Source: an uncultured Anaerolineales bacterium
GTDB taxonomy: Bacteria; Chloroflexota; Anaerolineae; CG2-30-64-16
Assembly (NCBI GenBank): GCA_964387985.1
Contig: CAYLZG010000008.1
Span: 1 to 63,159, forward strand
DNA length: 63,159 nucleotides
Reading direction: 5' to 3'
This document shows positions 37,042 through 47,002 of this stretch, piece by piece. Every line of letters starts with the position of its first letter. The first letter of the stretch is position 1. Both the position numbers and the translations under genes were made by a program. The notes beneath the pieces were generated by a model. It was not told the origin of the DNA, ran no database searches, and was given only the letters and a program-made list of their open reading frames with translations.

Positions 37042-38642
37042 GAAAGAAGACTGTCCTGATCGGGCTCGATGGCGCGACCTTCGCAGCTCTTGACCCACTA
37101 ATGGACGCCGGTGTGATGCCCTTTCTCAAGGGATTCATGGCGTCAGGGGCCCGTGCGCCACTGCACACAGTGATCCCGGCGTTAACACCGCCAGCCTGGA
37201 CCTCATTGATGACCGGGCGTAGCCCTGGTCAGCATGGCGTATTTGACTTCTTCCGCAAAGTCGCACCGGGAAGTCAGCACGTTCGGTTCAATACCTCGCA
37301 TGACGTAGCAGTTGAGACGATCTGGTCTATGGCCAACCGCTACGGTAAGCAGGTAATAGTTCTCAATTTCCCACTGATGTTTCCGGCTCCTCCTCTGGAT
37401 GGTTACATCGTGCCAGGCTGGATGCCGTGGCGCCAGCTGAGACATGGCTGCCACCCATCTGGGTTATTCGATCGACTTAAGGCTTTGCCAGGCTTCGACG
37501 CACGTGAGCTGGCCATGGATATGACCTTGGAGGAAAAGGCGCTCGAGGGCTGTGATGCCGGGGAGTACGAGGACTGGATACAACTGCATATCCGGCGCGA
37601 GCAACAGTGGCTTCAGATTCTCAGAATGCTCATGCGAGAAGAGCTCTGGGACCTGACCGCAGTCCTCTTTGACGGGGTGGATAAGCTGCAGCACCTCTTC
37701 TGGCGCTTCCTGGACCCGAAACTGGTCCCGGCTGCGCTGCCTGCAGATGAGGAACGCGTGCGGCAAAGCCTCCTGGGTTACTTCCGGCAACTGGATCGCA
37801 TATTGGCGGAGATCATCGAACTCGCAGGAGAGGGCGCGACGGTCGTCCTGGCGTCCGACCACGGCTTTGGTGCTCAGACTGGGACCTTTTTTGTGAACAC
37901 CTGGCTTGAGCAGAACGGCTTCCTGGCATGGGCCGATGGAAAGGTGGTCACACCCGAGCCCGACAAACTAGGAATCTCACAACTCGCGCGTCACGTTTAT
38001 CAGCTCGATTGGTCGCGCACCATGGCCTACGCTTCCACACCCAGCAGCAACGGAATTCACATTGTACAGGATGACGGCAGCGGAATTGGTGTTCCACCCA
38101 CACACTACCAGGACTTCCGAACCCAGTTGATGACAGAACTACTGAGCTTCCGGGATTCTGCAACCGGGCGCCCGGTGGTCTCGCGCATCTGGACGCGTGA
38201 GGAGGCGTTTTCCGGGCCGTTTATGAATCTGGCGCCCGACCTAACTCTGCTTCTGAGCGACGGCGGTCTGCTGTCGATCCTGGCTTCGGATGCTCCTTAT
38301 AAAACGAGACCCCAACCGAGCGGCACACATGGACTGGAAGGCGTTTTTGTGGCGGCGGGGCCGGGGATACGAAAGGGCGTGGTCCTGCCCCAACTGCGGA
38401 TCCTCGACGTGGCGCCGGTGGTGCTCCATAGCCTCGGTCTGCCGGTCCCCGTCGAGTTGGAAGGACGCGTGCCAGCTCAGGCTTATGAAAACAACATAGG
38501 GGTGGACTACGCCCGCCTCTCGTTGCCTTCAGTTCAGCAGCCATCATCAGCTGAGTCTGCTAAAAACGGAGGCGCAGAACTCACTGAAGAAGATGAAAGA
38601 GAACTTCTCAGGCGAATGCGTGCGCTTGGATACATTTCGTAA
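37038..38642 (+). CDS. alkaline-phosphatase-superfamily enzyme (type I phosphodiesterase / nucleotide pyrophosphatase-like)
   Basis: The ATG at 37038 is translationally coupled to the ACP gene. Core metal and nucleophile motifs are present: VLIGLDGATF, ALTPPAWTSLMTG (Thr nucleophile context) and LASDHGFG. Confidence 0.75.
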   Translation: MRKKTVLIGLDGATFAALDPLMDAGVMPFLKGFMASGARAPLHTVIPALTPPAWTSLMTGRSPGQHGVFDFFRKVAPGSQHVRFNTSHDVAVETIWSMANRYGKQVIVLNFPLMFPAPPLDGYIVPGWMPWRQLRHGCHPSGLFDRLKALPGFDARELAMDMTLEEKALEGCDAGEYEDWIQLHIRREQQWLQILRMLMREELWDLTAVLFDGVDKLQHLFWRFLDPKLVPAALPADEERVRQSLLGYFRQLDRILAEIIELAGEGATVVLASDHGFGAQTGTFFVNTWLEQNGFLAWADGKVVTPEPDKLGISQLARHVYQLDWSRTMAYASTPSSNGIHIVQDDGSGIGVPPTHYQDFRTQLMTELLSFRDSATGRPVVSRIWTREEAFSGPFMNLAPDLTLLLSDGGLLSILASDAPYKTRPQPSGTHGLEGVFVAAGPGIRKGVVLPQLRILDVAPVVLHSLGLPVPVELEGRVPAQAYENNIGVDYARLSLPSVQQPSSAESAKNGGAELTEEDERELLRRMRALGYIS

Positions 38643-38673
38643 GGAATCTGTCACCAGAACCGCAGGAGGAGTC

Positions 38674-39495
38674 ATGGCTAAGGCACTTGTCAATGGCCTC
38701 AACATCCACTACTACCAGGTCGGTGAAGGGCCCGATCTTGTTTTGCTCCATGGCCTGACAGGGAATCTGGCAGTATGGCACTTCACATTGGTGCCGCGGC
38801 TCCGCGATGAGTATCGCATCACCACCTACGATCTGCGCGGGCATGGCCGCAGCGATATGCCCGCCACCGGCTACAGCACAGATTACTTGGCAGCAGACCT
38901 GCTCGCCTTGATGGACCACCTCGAGATCGAGAAAGCACATTTGGTGGGTCACAGCTTGGGCGCGGACATTGCCCTGCATCTTGCCATGCTTCATCCTGAA
39001 CGTGTAGACAAGATCGTTGCCATTGAAGCCGGCCTCGCGGCGCTTGTAGAGATGCGCAAACATCCTGACTGGCCTGGTTGGGCCGAATGGGGGCGAGCAC
39101 TGGAACAATATACGGGCATTCGCGCTCCGAGAGAGAAGTGGACCGACGTGCGCTACATGCTCGAGGAAAGCCTGAAAGCGCCGATCTATTTTGGTCCGGC
39201 GCGCGGACTGCCGCGTAAGGGAGATGCTCTGCGAAAGCTGCTGGACACAACGACCCTCGTCGATGATTACCAGGATGCATCTGGCCTGACCGTGGAGACC
39301 ATCTCGGGCATCCGAAACCCCGTATTACTGATGTATGGCGGCGATTCGGCATATCTGGGCACCTATGAAATCCTTTGGGAGGCGTTGCCCAATGTCGACG
39401 CAGTGATCCTCGAAAACTGCGCGCACTTCGGCGCGCTTGAGCGCCCAGATGAAGTAGTTGCCGCTGTACGACCCTTCCTCAAACGCGATAAGTAA
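38674..39495 (+). CDS. alpha/beta-fold hydrolase
   Basis: The ATG at 38674 follows an AGGAGGAG RBS. It has an HG oxyanion motif (LLHGLTGN), a nucleophile elbow (GHSLGA) and a C-terminal His context (CAHFG). Confidence 0.8.
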   Translation: MAKALVNGLNIHYYQVGEGPDLVLLHGLTGNLAVWHFTLVPRLRDEYRITTYDLRGHGRSDMPATGYSTDYLAADLLALMDHLEIEKAHLVGHSLGADIALHLAMLHPERVDKIVAIEAGLAALVEMRKHPDWPGWAEWGRALEQYTGIRAPREKWTDVRYMLEESLKAPIYFGPARGLPRKGDALRKLLDTTTLVDDYQDASGLTVETISGIRNPVLLMYGGDSAYLGTYEILWEALPNVDAVILENCAHFGALERPDEVVAAVRPFLKRDK

Positions 39496-39514
39496 CGAAC
39501 ACAGACCAAGGTGA

Positions 39515-40387
39515 ATGGATGTGACAATGCAAGACGCTATTCTGATCACCGGCGCCTCCACGGGTCTGGGCCTGGAAACGGCAGTCTACCTTGCGCAGCG
39601 AGGGTTCTGCGTCTATGCTACCATGCGAGACTTGGACAATCGAGCGGCATTGGATGATGCCGCCGCGAAGCAAGGGGTGAACCTCAATGTCCTGAAACTG
39701 GATATCTCAAACCAGGGCGATATAGAGTCTGCCGTGGCCAAGGTCGTAGAAGAGTCAGGCAGCATCTATGGCCTTGTAAATAATGCTGGGATTGGACTAC
39801 GAGGCTACTTCGAGGACCTTTCTGACGCTGAAATCCGTGAGCTCTTTGAGGTTAATGTATTCGGTACAATGGCTGTGACTCGCGCCGTGCTGCCATTCAT
39901 GCGTCAGGCCAAGCGTGGTCGCATCATCATCATCAGTTCGGTCGGCGGTCGAATTGCATCCCTGGCTGTCAGCGCTTACTGCGCCACCAAATTCGCCCAG
40001 GAAGGGTTTGGTGAGGCTCTTGCCCAGGAGGTTGTTCCGTTTGGGATATATGTGTCTCTAGTAGAGCCTGCCATCATTAAGACCGAGCGGTGGAGTACCA
40101 ATCGGGCAGTTGCCCAGGGAGCTCTGAAACCAACCAGCCCGTACAGCGGATGGTTCCGCGTATCGGAGCGCCTCGCTGACCGACTGGTGGATACCTCTCC
40201 TACGAAGGCGATGGACGTGGCAAAGTGCGTCTATACTATTCTTACATCGTCGCGTCCTCGGCTGCGTTATGGTGTCGGGAGCCGTGCCAGGCTCGTTACG
40301 AGTCTGAGGCGCTACGTGCCGGAAGCCCTTTTCGAGCGTCTGTACTTCGGTGAAGCCGTGCGGCGAGTGACCAAGCCCAGAGGATAG
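39515..40387 (+). CDS. short-chain dehydrogenase/reductase (classical SDR)
   Basis: TGASTGLG cofactor motif, NNAG, and the catalytic S...YCATK motif. Confidence 0.85.
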   Translation: MDVTMQDAILITGASTGLGLETAVYLAQRGFCVYATMRDLDNRAALDDAAAKQGVNLNVLKLDISNQGDIESAVAKVVEESGSIYGLVNNAGIGLRGYFEDLSDAEIRELFEVNVFGTMAVTRAVLPFMRQAKRGRIIIISSVGGRIASLAVSAYCATKFAQEGFGEALAQEVVPFGIYVSLVEPAIIKTERWSTNRAVAQGALKPTSPYSGWFRVSERLADRLVDTSPTKAMDVAKCVYTILTSSRPRLRYGVGSRARLVTSLRRYVPEALFERLYFGEAVRRVTKPRG

Positions 40388-40404
40388 GCCAGGAGCTGAC
40401 TCTC

Positions 40405-41694
40405 GTGGCGCGATTTCTTTTCACTGTCTGGCCCTTTGCGGGTCACTATTACCCGGATATCGCCATTGCTCATGCATTGCGAGAGCGGGGCCATGCGGTT
40501 GCGTTCTACACCGGCGCGCGCGCACTTGCAACCATTGAGAATGAAGGCTTTAAGTGTTTTCCCTTCAGATGCGTTGACGAAGCGACGATTGAACGTCTGA
40601 TGTTCGCCCGACAACGGCTGTCGCTAGATTGGAGTAACGCCGGCCGACTGAGCACTACGCTACGCTCGTGGTTGGTCGACACAATTCCACTTCAGATCGA
40701 AGACCAAGAGGAAATCCTGGCTACCTGGCGACCGGATGTTGTTGCCTGTGACCCGACGATGTGGGGTCCCATCCTCATACTGCACGAAAAACTCGGCATT
40801 CCGGTCGCCGTGTCCTCATTCATTCCAGCGTGTCTGGTGCCGGGACCAGATGCACCCCCTTTTGGTCTGGGCCTGCCGCGACCGCACAACTGGAAAACCC
40901 GTCTCATCGCCAAGACCGTTGCCTGGGCAACTGAGTTCCTGGCATTTGGCTTCAGACGAGCCGCGCAAGCAATGCGTGAACAGTACGGACTTCCGCCCCT
41001 GACAATGTCGGTGACGGCCTTCACCGGACAAATGCCGCTTTATTTGGTGCCCAGCGTTCCTGAGTTCGACTACCAACGCCGGGATTTACCCTCTTCCGTT
41101 CACTATACCGGAGCTTGTCTGTGGAATAGACCGCATGGAGAGCCATCGCCAGGTTGGCTTGCCACACTGCCGCGCGACCGGCCCTGGGTTCACGTAACCG
41201 AGGGGACGATGCACGTCGAGAACCCATTCCTGCTGCGCGCGGCTGCTCAGGGCCTGGCAAACCTGCATATGGAAATTGTGATGACGGCAGCCAGTGATTA
41301 CGAACCGCATGAATTAGACCTGGGGCCCCGGGCCCCCAATATCCATGTGGCCCGCTGGATATCGCATAGCGACCTGTTACCCAATACCGCAGTCATAGTA
41401 ACCACCGGTGGTGCGGGGACCATCATGGCTGCGCTGGCTGCGGGAGTGCCCATTATCGTGGTGCCGACCGAGTGGGATAAGCCCGAGAATGCACAGCGCG
41501 TGGTGGAAATCGGTGCAGGGTTACGGCTTGAGCCACGGCTCTGCACACCGGAACGTCTCCGTGCTGCGGTCGAACGCGTGTTGTGTGATCCTACCTATCG
41601 CACGAACGCCGGCCGGATGGCGAATCTGCTGAGAAGTTACGGTGGGCCGGCACGTGCGGCAGAACTCCTCGAAGAACTTGGAAAGGCCAGTTGA
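40405..41694 (+). CDS. GT1-family (MGT/UDP-glycosyltransferase-like) glycosyltransferase
   Basis: GTG start. N-terminal FTVWPFAGHYYP and a C-terminal nucleotide-sugar motif (VTTGGAGTIMAALAAGVPIIVVPTEWDKPENA). Confidence 0.85.
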   Translation: MARFLFTVWPFAGHYYPDIAIAHALRERGHAVAFYTGARALATIENEGFKCFPFRCVDEATIERLMFARQRLSLDWSNAGRLSTTLRSWLVDTIPLQIEDQEEILATWRPDVVACDPTMWGPILILHEKLGIPVAVSSFIPACLVPGPDAPPFGLGLPRPHNWKTRLIAKTVAWATEFLAFGFRRAAQAMREQYGLPPLTMSVTAFTGQMPLYLVPSVPEFDYQRRDLPSSVHYTGACLWNRPHGEPSPGWLATLPRDRPWVHVTEGTMHVENPFLLRAAAQGLANLHMEIVMTAASDYEPHELDLGPRAPNIHVARWISHSDLLPNTAVIVTTGGAGTIMAALAAGVPIIVVPTEWDKPENAQRVVEIGAGLRLEPRLCTPERLRAAVERVLCDPTYRTNAGRMANLLRSYGGPARAAELLEELGKAS

Positions 41695-43847
41695 TGCATC
41701 TGCTACTCACTACCCGACTGGGAAAAGCTATCCGGATCGCGCTGCTCTGTATAGTAACCCTGTCTTTAGCTAAGTCCGTCTCGGCTGATCCGGCAGGGCC
41801 ATTGCTTCCTACTCAGTTTCGGTTGGCTACGCCACAAGGTTTCGGTGACCGGCAAAACAGCATGGCATGGTCGATGCAGTGGTGGCGTGGAAAGCTCTAT
41901 ATCGGAACGGGGCGCTCATACGGCTGTGTCCGCCAGGCAATCATGAGTACCTACTTCTCCTTGATTAAGTATCCACCGCTTGATCCCGAGCTGGAATGCA
42001 CCGCCTCAGCGCAAGACCTGATGCTCCAAGGGGAGATCTGGCGTTTCACGCCAGAGAGCAACACGTGGGAGCGCGTCTACCAGTCGCCACTAGTACCGCT
42101 CGGTGATACGGGCAAAACGGTCGCCGTCGATGTGGGCTACCGGTCCATGACCATTTTCACTGAATCTGACGGAACCGAGGCGCTCTATGTAGGCGGCTTT
42201 ACCTCGCGCGACTTCAATCCCGGTGTCCCGCCGCCCAGGATTTTGCGCACAACAGACGGCGCAAATTTCGAGGCTGTCCCGCAAGACGTAGGGACTCTAT
42301 TGGGGGATCTGGATGAGCTGGAAGGCATCACGATTACCGGATTCAACCGGATGGAGGTCCACAAGGGGCGCCTCTATGTGATCGCAGGTGGCGCCTTTGG
42401 GCATGGCGCGTTGCTGGAGGCCGAGAAACCGGCAGACGGTAACGATAGCTTTCAGATTGTGACACCGGCAGGAATGACGATCACCGGCGTTGCCTCGTAC
42501 AATGGCCAGCTTTATGTGGCGCAAGGCTCCAATCCACTACCTGACCGGCCGCCTTTCACCGTCTATCGAACGTACCCGACAGGGAGTCCTCCGTACGGCT
42601 ATATCCCAGTTCTGAGGTCAGCAGGGTACCGTGAGAATGGCAGCAAATCTGTTGCCACCCTGTACGTGTTCAACAATAGGCTGTGGGTGGGCACGAACCG
42701 ACCGGTGGAACTCCTGCGCATCAACCCGGACAACTCGTGGGACCTCATCATGGGCACGGGCCGCCTTACTCCAGAGGGGCCCAAATATCCACTCAGCGGC
42801 ATCGGTGATGGCTTCGCATGGCCTCTGAACATCCATATCCACCAGATGCAGGGCCACAACGGTTGGCTGTATGCAGGCACAAACGACCAGAGCAGTTCGG
42901 GAGTATGGCATCTCGTGCCATGGATCGAGGATCTATTGAGAGCCAACTACGGCTTTGACCTGTACGCTACGCAGGAGGGCTGGTACTTCTACCTGATCAC
43001 CAGAACAGGCCTTGAGCGTTACTCACTCAGCTATTCGGCCCGGACTATGGCATCTACGCCTGGTGGCATGTATCTGGGAACCATGAACGATAGCTATGGC
43101 TTGCAGTTGTGGCGGGGAACCGTGGGAAAAGATGAACTCTTTTTGCCGCTTCTTTCAGCCGGTGGCACCACACCTGTGCGAAGTGCAGCCGGTCTCAATT
43201 CAACCGAATTCCGGATTCGAACTGCAGATCTCGCTGCACCAGCCAGATTGCAGCTCGATAATTCTGCTCGCGGCCTGATCCTGTCCTGGGAACCCGTCGA
43301 AGGTGGGGTAACATATGGGGTTTACCGATCGGATTTTGCTGTAAACGAAGACTTGGCGGCGCTTGCGCCTGAGTTGGCCGAGGCCTTTCCCGGTCCTTTC
43401 CGACGCATCGCCTCAACCGGTAAAGCCCACTATCTGGATGTGACCGCAATACCGGGACAGACTTACCAGTACTACGTCGTCACAGAACAAGGGAACAGGA
43501 CATCGCGCGGGTCGAACTTCGTTCAAGCCCCAGTGGTCACCGAACCGGCCACAGTAAAGGCCTTGCAGGAGTTGATTGCTGCTTGGGCCACACACTCTGT
43601 CGCGGCGGAGAAAAGTTCAACTCGTTTGTTTCGAGCGTCTTTTGAAGGCCTCAACGAGGCCCTTCTGTCGGGTGACTTAAGCGAAGCTGCCAGCAGGCAA
43701 CAAGAGCTCAGCGAAATCCTGGCGGGCGATTCGAGTGGTTTGCCCTCTTGGAGAGCAACGGATATCGCAGCGCTGATGGAGAGATTTGAGCGACGGTTGC
43801 ATCTCGCGCGGATGGGCTTGATTGACATCCGGGAACTACTAAAGTAG
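41694..43847 (+). CDS. secreted hypothetical protein (repeat/propeller-like N-terminal region, FN3-like domain, helical C-terminus)
   Basis: The ATG at 41694 overlaps the GT gene's TGA (41692-41694). It has a signal peptide (IALLCIVTLSLAKSVSA). The FN3-like block is LILSWEPVEGGVTYGVYRS...YQYYVV. I recognise no enzymatic motif. Confidence 0.55.
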   Translation: MHLLLTTRLGKAIRIALLCIVTLSLAKSVSADPAGPLLPTQFRLATPQGFGDRQNSMAWSMQWWRGKLYIGTGRSYGCVRQAIMSTYFSLIKYPPLDPELECTASAQDLMLQGEIWRFTPESNTWERVYQSPLVPLGDTGKTVAVDVGYRSMTIFTESDGTEALYVGGFTSRDFNPGVPPPRILRTTDGANFEAVPQDVGTLLGDLDELEGITITGFNRMEVHKGRLYVIAGGAFGHGALLEAEKPADGNDSFQIVTPAGMTITGVASYNGQLYVAQGSNPLPDRPPFTVYRTYPTGSPPYGYIPVLRSAGYRENGSKSVATLYVFNNRLWVGTNRPVELLRINPDNSWDLIMGTGRLTPEGPKYPLSGIGDGFAWPLNIHIHQMQGHNGWLYAGTNDQSSSGVWHLVPWIEDLLRANYGFDLYATQEGWYFYLITRTGLERYSLSYSARTMASTPGGMYLGTMNDSYGLQLWRGTVGKDELFLPLLSAGGTTPVRSAAGLNSTEFRIRTADLAAPARLQLDNSARGLILSWEPVEGGVTYGVYRSDFAVNEDLAALAPELAEAFPGPFRRIASTGKAHYLDVTAIPGQTYQYYVVTEQGNRTSRGSNFVQAPVVTEPATVKALQELIAAWATHSVAAEKSSTRLFRASFEGLNEALLSGDLSEAASRQQELSEILAGDSSGLPSWRATDIAALMERFERRLHLARMGLIDIRELLK

Positions 43848-43865
43848 CTGCAGGGGGAATCAGGA

Positions 43866-44879
43866 ATGTGCACGGGAGGGAGAGCCTCCGTATCAACGGA
43901 CCAGATACGAGGGCGGGACGAACCGTACATGGATCGGCTGGCAGAAGTGAAGGTCGATCCGATTTTCATCATTGGAGACCACAGATCTGGTACAACCTTG
44001 CTCTACCAGCTTCTGGACGCCTCCAAGTGTTTCAATGTGGTTACTGCCTACCACCTGATTCACTACCATGAACTTCTATACAATCACTTTCAAGGTAAGG
44101 AGCTGCTTGCCAAGGAATCGCTGCATCGGCGTTTTGCTGCTGCAGGCCTGACTGACCGGCTCATTGACGGGGTGCGGGTTACGCCTGAGCTTCCAGAGGA
44201 GTATGGGTTCAGGCTGAAAGCCTCCGGACCACGGCCCCAGGTACGGCGCGAAACAGTAACGCCTCTGGTTGAGTTGTTCAGAAAAGTTCAACTCATTACC
44301 GTTCCTGAGCGCCCGCTCCTGCTCAAGAATCCCTGGGATGCTCTGGGCTTCGTTCGCGTGAAACAGCTCTTTCCCGCTGCACGCTTCGTCTTTATCCATC
44401 GTCATCCAGTGTGTGTGATCAGTTCCCAACTCAAAGCGCTGCGTTCACTCTTTGCTGAGAAAAACGGCTATGTAGCACTTATCGATCCGTGGTACGAGCA
44501 GATATTCAACAGACCGATCCAACTGGCGGTGATAAGGCTGCTGAGCGGGAAACGCTTTGGCATCGGTTTAGCTACTACGATGAGACACGTTACGAAAGTC
44601 GCGAGCTATTACCTTCGTAACATTGATGTTCTCTCTCCTGAGGAATATGCAGTCATAAGGTATGAGGATTTGTGCGAGGCGCCTGATGTCACGATCGGGA
44701 ACCTGCTATCATTTCTTCAGGCACAACCGTCCTCGTCGGGCGATTATGCCAGCTACATTCGCTCTCGGTCTACCTCTCTGCTTCCAGAAGTAATCGCGAG
44801 GGAGCAGCGTGTTCTCAAAAGGCTGGCTATCTACTGTGACCGGTTCGGATACCAGCGCACGCAGGTCCTGGTAGGTTAG
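43866..44879 (+). CDS. sulfotransferase-family protein
   Basis: A 5'-PSB-like PAPS loop (FIIGDHRSGTTLLYQLL) and a 3'-PB-like region (FVFIHRHPVCVISS). An alternative start is the ATG at 43929. Confidence 0.7.
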   Translation: MCTGGRASVSTDQIRGRDEPYMDRLAEVKVDPIFIIGDHRSGTTLLYQLLDASKCFNVVTAYHLIHYHELLYNHFQGKELLAKESLHRRFAAAGLTDRLIDGVRVTPELPEEYGFRLKASGPRPQVRRETVTPLVELFRKVQLITVPERPLLLKNPWDALGFVRVKQLFPAARFVFIHRHPVCVISSQLKALRSLFAEKNGYVALIDPWYEQIFNRPIQLAVIRLLSGKRFGIGLATTMRHVTKVASYYLRNIDVLSPEEYAVIRYEDLCEAPDVTIGNLLSFLQAQPSSSGDYASYIRSRSTSLLPEVIAREQRVLKRLAIYCDRFGYQRTQVLVG

Positions 44880-44883
44880 GAGT

Positions 44884-46203
44884 TTGGACGTGCATTCTAG
44901 CCGGTTTTTTGCTCTGAAAGGTGCCTGCCGCTCCCTCAGGCTGCCAGGCACGCGTAGCCGCGCTTCAAACAACCATCCCGGTCCCCGGCCTCGCATTGGC
45001 TCCATCCTGCTGATCTGTGCTCTCTCTATCTTTGTTGCAGGGTGCCGGGTTTCATCCAGACCAGCCAAAACTATCAGTCCAACCCCCACATCGCGTAGTG
45101 CAGCGACAGTGCCACACGTTCCTACCATCTCGGCTACCGAGCTGCCGGCCAAGAGTCCTCCCATCCAAGGCAGGCCTGTCGTCGAGAGCATTACGCCCCT
45201 GGTTACCGATGTCGGCGGACGTGTGGACTGGCTGCCGAAAAGCGAACTTATCGCCTATGACAAGTTAAGCAGGTCCGGCTACTTTGATGTCTGGACCATG
45301 CGAGCAGATGGTTCCGCACAGAAATGCCTGACCTGTGCCAATAAGGAGGTTCCACAGCGCCACAAAGGCAATCCGGCCTGGCATCCTTCTGGCAAGTACA
45401 TCCTGCTCCAGGCCCTCGATGACAGTATCACAGGGCCTCTGGAGAATACGGAGGCCTATCGGATCTATACCAATCCCGGTGCTGGTTTCGGCAGTACTCT
45501 TTGGTTGATAACCTCGGACGGAAGACAGGCATGGCAGATGACTAGCAGCAGTGATGGGCTTGGCATCCTGCACCCTCACTTTTCCCGTACCGGTGATCAG
45601 GTGGTCTGGGCTCGGATGACGAGTACTGACTTACTGCCTTTGGGGACCTGGGACATAATGATAGCAGACTTCGTTATTGAAGGGGGCACTCCCGCACTTC
45701 GCCATCCACGAAGTCTGGTGCCTGGAGATTTCCAATGGTACGAAACACATGAGTTTACTTGGGACGACCAGGGGCTCTTGTTTACGGCCATGCCTCGTCG
45801 GGGCAATGCGAACGACTTTGATCTTTACCGGCTGGATCTGGCTAGCGGCGCCGTAATGCCGCTGACTTCCAGCGCAGTGAAGGCTTGGGACGAGCACGGC
45901 CACCTGTTTCCCGACGGCCAGCATATCGTCTGGATATCGAGTATGGGCGCCATTGAGAACGTGCCGCTCAATCAGTTGAACGTGAAGACAGACTTGTGGC
46001 TCATGGACGTCAATGGCGATAACCAGGTCAAGCTTACCGGTTTCAACGACCCCTCATCTCCCCACTACCGACAAGCGCGGGTCATTGCCTCCGACATAAG
46101 TTTGAGCTCCGACGGGACGCGGCTAGTTGCCTATCTGCAGGTCGATTCTACCGCAAGCAGGCCGGGCGAAATCGACTTGATCCAGATCTCTTGGACTCAG
46201 TGA
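44884..46203 (+). CDS. lipoprotein with TolB/PD40-like beta-propeller
   Basis: Lipobox-like LSIFVAGC. Repeated propeller-blade motifs (FDVWTMRADGS, NPAWHPSGKYILL, LWLITSDGRQ, PHFSRTGDQVVW, LWLMDVNGDN). The start is ambiguous: TTG at 44884 or GTG at 44890, after TAGGAG. Confidence 0.65.
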   Translation: MDVHSSRFFALKGACRSLRLPGTRSRASNNHPGPRPRIGSILLICALSIFVAGCRVSSRPAKTISPTPTSRSAATVPHVPTISATELPAKSPPIQGRPVVESITPLVTDVGGRVDWLPKSELIAYDKLSRSGYFDVWTMRADGSAQKCLTCANKEVPQRHKGNPAWHPSGKYILLQALDDSITGPLENTEAYRIYTNPGAGFGSTLWLITSDGRQAWQMTSSSDGLGILHPHFSRTGDQVVWARMTSTDLLPLGTWDIMIADFVIEGGTPALRHPRSLVPGDFQWYETHEFTWDDQGLLFTAMPRRGNANDFDLYRLDLASGAVMPLTSSAVKAWDEHGHLFPDGQHIVWISSMGAIENVPLNQLNVKTDLWLMDVNGDNQVKLTGFNDPSSPHYRQARVIASDISLSSDGTRLVAYLQVDSTASRPGEIDLIQISWTQ

Positions 46204-46209
46204 GGGATC

Positions 46210-46983
46210 ATGAGACAATCAATTATCGATGATCGGTACGAACGCAAGATGCTGCACCCCTGGACGCAGGAATTGTATGGGTACAGCGATTTCTATAACT
46301 TCGGCTATTGGCAGGAACATACGCGAGATCAAAGGGAAGCCTGTGAGAATCTCGTCGATAAACTGATGAGCTACGTGCCGCGTCGCGAGGGGCTGATTGT
46401 CGATGTAGCATGCGGCATGGGGGCGACCACGCGACATCTGCTGCACTACTACCAACCAAGCCAGGTGATCGGCATTAATATCTCCAGGCAGCAGCTCCAG
46501 CGTAGTCAAATGAACGCTCCAGGCTGCACGTTCACAATGATGGATGCTACGCAGCTTGCGTTTCCCGATCAGAGTATCGATAACATGATTTGCGTTGAGG
46601 CAGCATTCCATTTCAACACTCGAGCGTCATTTCTCGCGGAAGCATTTCGAGTTCTAAAACCAGGAGGTCACGTCGTCCTGTCGGACATTCTGACTTATTC
46701 CTGGGCGGCAAGGGTGAACTTCCGGACGCCAATGCACAACTATGTCGCAGATCTCGATCAATATGTGGCGACCTACCGCGACATTGGCTTCGATGAAGTT
46801 CAGGTGCTAGATGCCACAACCGAGTGTTGGCGTCGCTTTCTGGCCAATGCCAGGAGGTTCAGACAACAAAAAGTGCACGCGAAAGAGATGAGCCGGGGTG
46901 CCGCTCTGGGGATATCTTTCCGTCAGAGAGTCGCAGCGGCTGGACTGCATTACTACCTGCTCGCGTCAGCACTGAAGCCATAA
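46210..46983 (+). CDS. class I SAM-dependent methyltransferase
   Basis: Motif I VDVACGMGATT, plus LKPGGHVVLSD. The N-terminal DFYNFGYW block resembles lipid and natural-product methyltransferases. Confidence 0.85.
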   Translation: MRQSIIDDRYERKMLHPWTQELYGYSDFYNFGYWQEHTRDQREACENLVDKLMSYVPRREGLIVDVACGMGATTRHLLHYYQPSQVIGINISRQQLQRSQMNAPGCTFTMMDATQLAFPDQSIDNMICVEAAFHFNTRASFLAEAFRVLKPGGHVVLSDILTYSWAARVNFRTPMHNYVADLDQYVATYRDIGFDEVQVLDATTECWRRFLANARRFRQQKVHAKEMSRGAALGISFRQRVAAAGLHYYLLASALKP

Positions 46984-47002
46984 GAGCGATGGAAGGACCC
47001 GC

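Noticed and set aside
43132-43170. An internal ELFLPLLSAGG motif in the 41694-43847 protein as a sixth YLPLV-type tail.
   Set aside because: It is ~230 residues from the C-terminus, at a domain boundary, and the frame continues without interruption. It cannot be counted as a C-terminal signal without evidence of processing.
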